A stretch of 63,918 nucleotides of DNA, filler included, from Chiloscyllium plagiosum (lineage: Eukaryota): assembly GCF_004010195.1 (NCBI RefSeq). It is 5 parts of one record of this genome, joined end to end, with 100 filler letters (N's around TTAATTAATTAA, not from the genome) between each part and the next. Parts side by side here need not be neighbours in the genome. Positions count along the whole stretch, not along the records: positions 59,215 to 63,918 come from NC_057713.1; 4 more parts are not named here. The stretch is one strand, 5' to 3'. Positions 60,554 through 63,918 of the stretch are shown one piece after another (positions within the stretch are counted from its first letter, which is position 1; every line of letters starts with the position of its first letter). The position numbers and the translations under genes were made by a program. Under the pieces are notes generated by a model. The model made no database searches. It saw only the letters and a program-made list of their open reading frames with translations, and was not told the origin of the DNA.

Positions 60554-63500
60554 GTAGCGTCGGCCCCCATCCCGGGAGCCGACCCCTGTATCTGGGTTTC
60601 CGCATCGCTAGGGGGCCGCCGATGCAAGATTTTGATTGATACGGGGGCATCGGTCTCCTTCACCGACCTCGACCTTCCCTCAAGCCACCACTCCATTTCC
60701 TTTAAAGGAGTTGGGGGGAGCTCGGTTATTACACGCCAAAGCGAGGCTGTCCTCTTAGAGGTAGACAACATTTTACTCCTCGTACATTTCTGGGTTTGCC
60801 CAAACTCGGAGGGGACGATTATGGGTATCGACCTCCTGGGCGAGCTGGGGGCGGTGGTGGACGCGCTCCACCGTCGCCTCCTGTGGACATCCCGCGATCT
60901 TCACAAGAGCTCCCACGAGGGGAGATGGGTGCCCACCAAATCTGTCGCTACACTTGCACCCAGTGTGCTCATCGCCCGGGACTGGGCCAAGGACGGTGCC
61001 TTCGGAGCCGTCTGCCAACTAGTCCCGGAGGTGTGGGCCACGAGTAAGCAGGACTGCGGCCTCGTCCATTCTCCTCCTGAGCGGATACCCGGGCCCGTAC
61101 ACGCCCCGCACCGACAATACCCAATTAAACCTGAGGTGCTGTGCACCACTGAGGCAATCGTTGCCGAGCTCACCCGGCACGGCGTCCAGCGCCCGACAGT
61201 GTCCACCACCAACTCCCCTATATGGCCAGTCCAGAAGCCGGATGGTAGCTACAGGCTCACCATCAACTACACGACACTCAATAGGGTCACCCCCAAAGAA
61301 CACCCTATCGTAGCCAGCCCGACCACCATCTCCAATGGCCTCAAACCCTCACATCGGATATTTACGGTCCTGGACGTGGCAAATGGCTTTTGGTCCATTC
61401 CCCTGCACCGTGACTCACAGGACAAGTTTGCCTTCACGTTGTGGGACAGGCAGTACACATGGACCCGCCTGCCGCAGGGCTTCCACAACAGCCCTAACAT
61501 TTTCCACAGGGTCATGAGCCGGACCCTGGAGGGGACCCTTGGCCGGGCAGGATTCAAAATAAGCCCCACGAAGGCCCAAGTCGGACTGGCTAAAGTCCTC
61601 TACCTGGGACACGACATCAGCTAGGGGAGCAAGACCTTACCCGCCGACCGCAAGTCGGCCATCGCCGACATGCCGCGGCCAGACATAGTCAGGGGAATCC
61701 GCCGCGTCTTGGGGCTTTTTAACTACTGCCGCCCCTTCATTGCACATTTCGCCACTATCGCCGAACCCATTCAGCGCCTGGTGAAGGGGGTCAGGCCGGG
61801 AGCGGAGAGGGTGGTATGGGGACCCGGACAGGACGACGCTTACTCTAAGTTAAAGTCCCACCTCCTCGGCGCCCCGGCCCTGCGCCTCCCCGACCTATCG
61901 AAGCCCTTCCACATCTTTTACGGACTCGATGGTGGGTTTTACAGCGCTGTTATCACGCAATCCTCAGGCGACCACATGAGACCAGTAGGTTACTACTCCA
62001 CAAAGAAGTCCCCAGTCGTGAAGGGCATGCACCGCTGCGTGGCGGTGCTGGATTGCGCTGCATGGGCGGTCCGGGTGTGTGAGCCGGTCACCATGTCTGG
62101 ACAGATAATTTTACACACTCGACACACGATAGTCGATCTCCTGAATACGGGCCGCCTCTGGACGGTCTCGGATGCCCTCAGGGCAACTTGGGAGGCGGTT
62201 CTCCTCCCCCGGGACCAGTCCATTCAGATCGTTAGGGACACAGGGCCAAACCCCGCCAACGAGATTATCGCGGTAGGGGAACCCGACCATTGCCAGGCCG
62301 CAATCGACTCGGCGGAGGGGGACTGCGTGACCGACAGCCCGGTCCCTGATCCCGACCTGACCTTGTATGTGGACGGCTCACGCGGGCTTGTCGAGGGGTC
62401 CTACCAAACGGGATGGGCGGTGGTCGACCATATCGGGACCACCCGAGCACAGGGAACGATGGGGGGGGCGACACCTCCGCCCAGGTTGCGGAGTTGGTCG
62501 CCCTCACCGCCGCACTCCGCCTGGGAACAGGCAAGTGGGTAAACATCTTTACCGACAGCCAGTACGCTTTCGGGGTAGTCCATGATTACATGGCAGCATG
62601 GTACCGCCGGGGCTTTATCACGGCCGGCGGTGGTCAGATTAAATACGAAAACACGGTCCGCGACCTGGTGGCGGCCGCACGCCTCCCCCTGCTCGCTGCG
62701 GTGATAAAAATCAAAGCACACCAGCGGGCCACCACCGCTGAACAGCTAGGGAATCATTGGGCCGACCTGGCCGCCAAGGCCGCTGCGGGCGCAGTGCTAC
62801 TGCCTGCGCATGCAGCACCGGCTACTGAGGAACGGGACGTTCACGTCCTGGACGTCCTGAATTGCGCACAGCCCGGAGAGTTGGAGGACTGGCTGGCAAA
62901 GGGCACAGCCCGCGGCCCCGATGGGGTGTGGCGGCACGGCGACAGGGTCGTGGCCCCCGCGGCCATCAGAACGACCTTGATGCAACTATACCACGAGCCG
63001 GACCACGCAGGCCGTGACGGTACACTTGCTAGGCTCCAGACTGACTGGTGGTGGCCCGGCCTCGGCCGCGACATGGCCAAACACTGCCGCCGATGCTTTT
63101 TCTGCGCCCAGCACAACCCGGGGCGGTCCCTGCGCATTCCCCTGGTGCACCAGCCACGGCCCAAGGGGCCCTGGGAGAACCTCCAAGTTGATTTCACAGG
63201 ACCCCTACCCCCCAGCCGTGGCAAGAAGTATTGCCTGGTGATCATTGACCATTTCACGCGCTGGGTAGAAGCCTTCCCTACACGGGACTGTACATCCGCC
63301 ACCATGGCCAGAGTGCTGGCCTTCGACATCTTCCCTCGCTGGGGGCCCCCCTCCAGATTGACTCAGATCAGGGCACGCTCTTCACCAGGCGCGCAATGAA
63401 ACTGGCCTGCTGCCTCCTAGGCATCAGACAGCGCTTCCACGTCCTGTTCCATCCCCAGAGCTCCGGGATGGTCAAGCGCATGAACCGGACCCTCAAAGCG

Positions 63501-63918
63501 GCGATCGCCACAGGGCAGGGCTGGGTGGACGTTCTGCCCTGCATACTGATGCGCTTAAGGGCCACCCCAGGCCGCTCCACTGGCCTCACTCCCTTCGAGC
63601 TCATGACGGGGAGGGCCATGCGACTACCAGAGAATGTCATGGTCGGGGGGGAAGACATGGCCCCCTGAGGGACAGGGTGATGCGCTATACCAGGCAGCTG
63701 GACACGCAGCTGCGGGCCCTTAGACAAACTGCGCGCGACCAGCAGAACATTAGGGACCAGGCAAAACTGCAGCCGCATCTGCCCGCCCAAACCCTTCCCG
63801 GCGTTGGGGACAAAGTCCTGGTCAGGGCCACCCCCGACCGGCCCGGCTTCGCCCCCCGGTGGCTGGGATAGTATGAAATCATCCTCACCAGCGACACGTG
63901 CGCCTGTGTCGACATGAA
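60554..63918 (+). pseudogene. pol: ERV-B pro-pol: protease, RT, tether, RNase H, integrase (several stops and frameshifts)
   Basis: LIDTGAS/IMGIDLL; NSPIWPVQKPDGSYRL, LDVANGFWSIPL, WTRLPQGFHNSP; RPVGYYS; YVDGS, SAQVAEL, FTDSQY, GNHWAD; HEPDH..CFFC; LQVDF, DSDQG, HPQSSGMVKRMN. Confidence 0.95.

Noticed and set aside
59592..63915. Many antisense and overlapping ORFs in ERV-B
   Set aside because: Expected from high GC and few stop codons; no recognisable motifs.
15145..63918. ERV-A and ERV-B as two halves of one provirus
   Set aside because: Opposite strands, each with its own dissimilar gag and protease, different base composition.

Overview
Repeat-rich vertebrate DNA, almost certainly from a shark (HE1/V-SINEs, CR1 LINEs with (TTCTATG)n tails, a GPR139-like GPCR). 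Four artificial 100-bp spacers (N44-TTAATTAATTAA-N44) divide it into five contigs. The only confident host gene is an intact two-exon class A GPCR (2690-2756 + 4950-5839, 318 aa). Two decayed endogenous retroviruses are present. ERV-A (minus, 15145-19654) has a 484-bp LTR, a perfect tRNA-Trp PBS, gag with three clustered late domains, a protease and a 2H phosphoesterase-like domain. ERV-B (plus, 59215-63918) is gag-UGA-pro-RT-tether-RNaseH-IN, lacks a Gag zinc knuckle and has lost the RT YxDD segment. Three families of Penelope-derived short elements carry minimal hammerhead ribozyme cores; seven copies are asymmetric palindromes with 10-15 bp target-site duplications. Also present: many nested CR1/L2 fragments, a CR1 5' end with esterase ORF1, a solo LTR, Harbinger and Gypsy remnants, a Tigger-like MITE and a ~70-bp satellite. 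All calls come from reading the sequence by eye; boundaries of old repeats are approximate.
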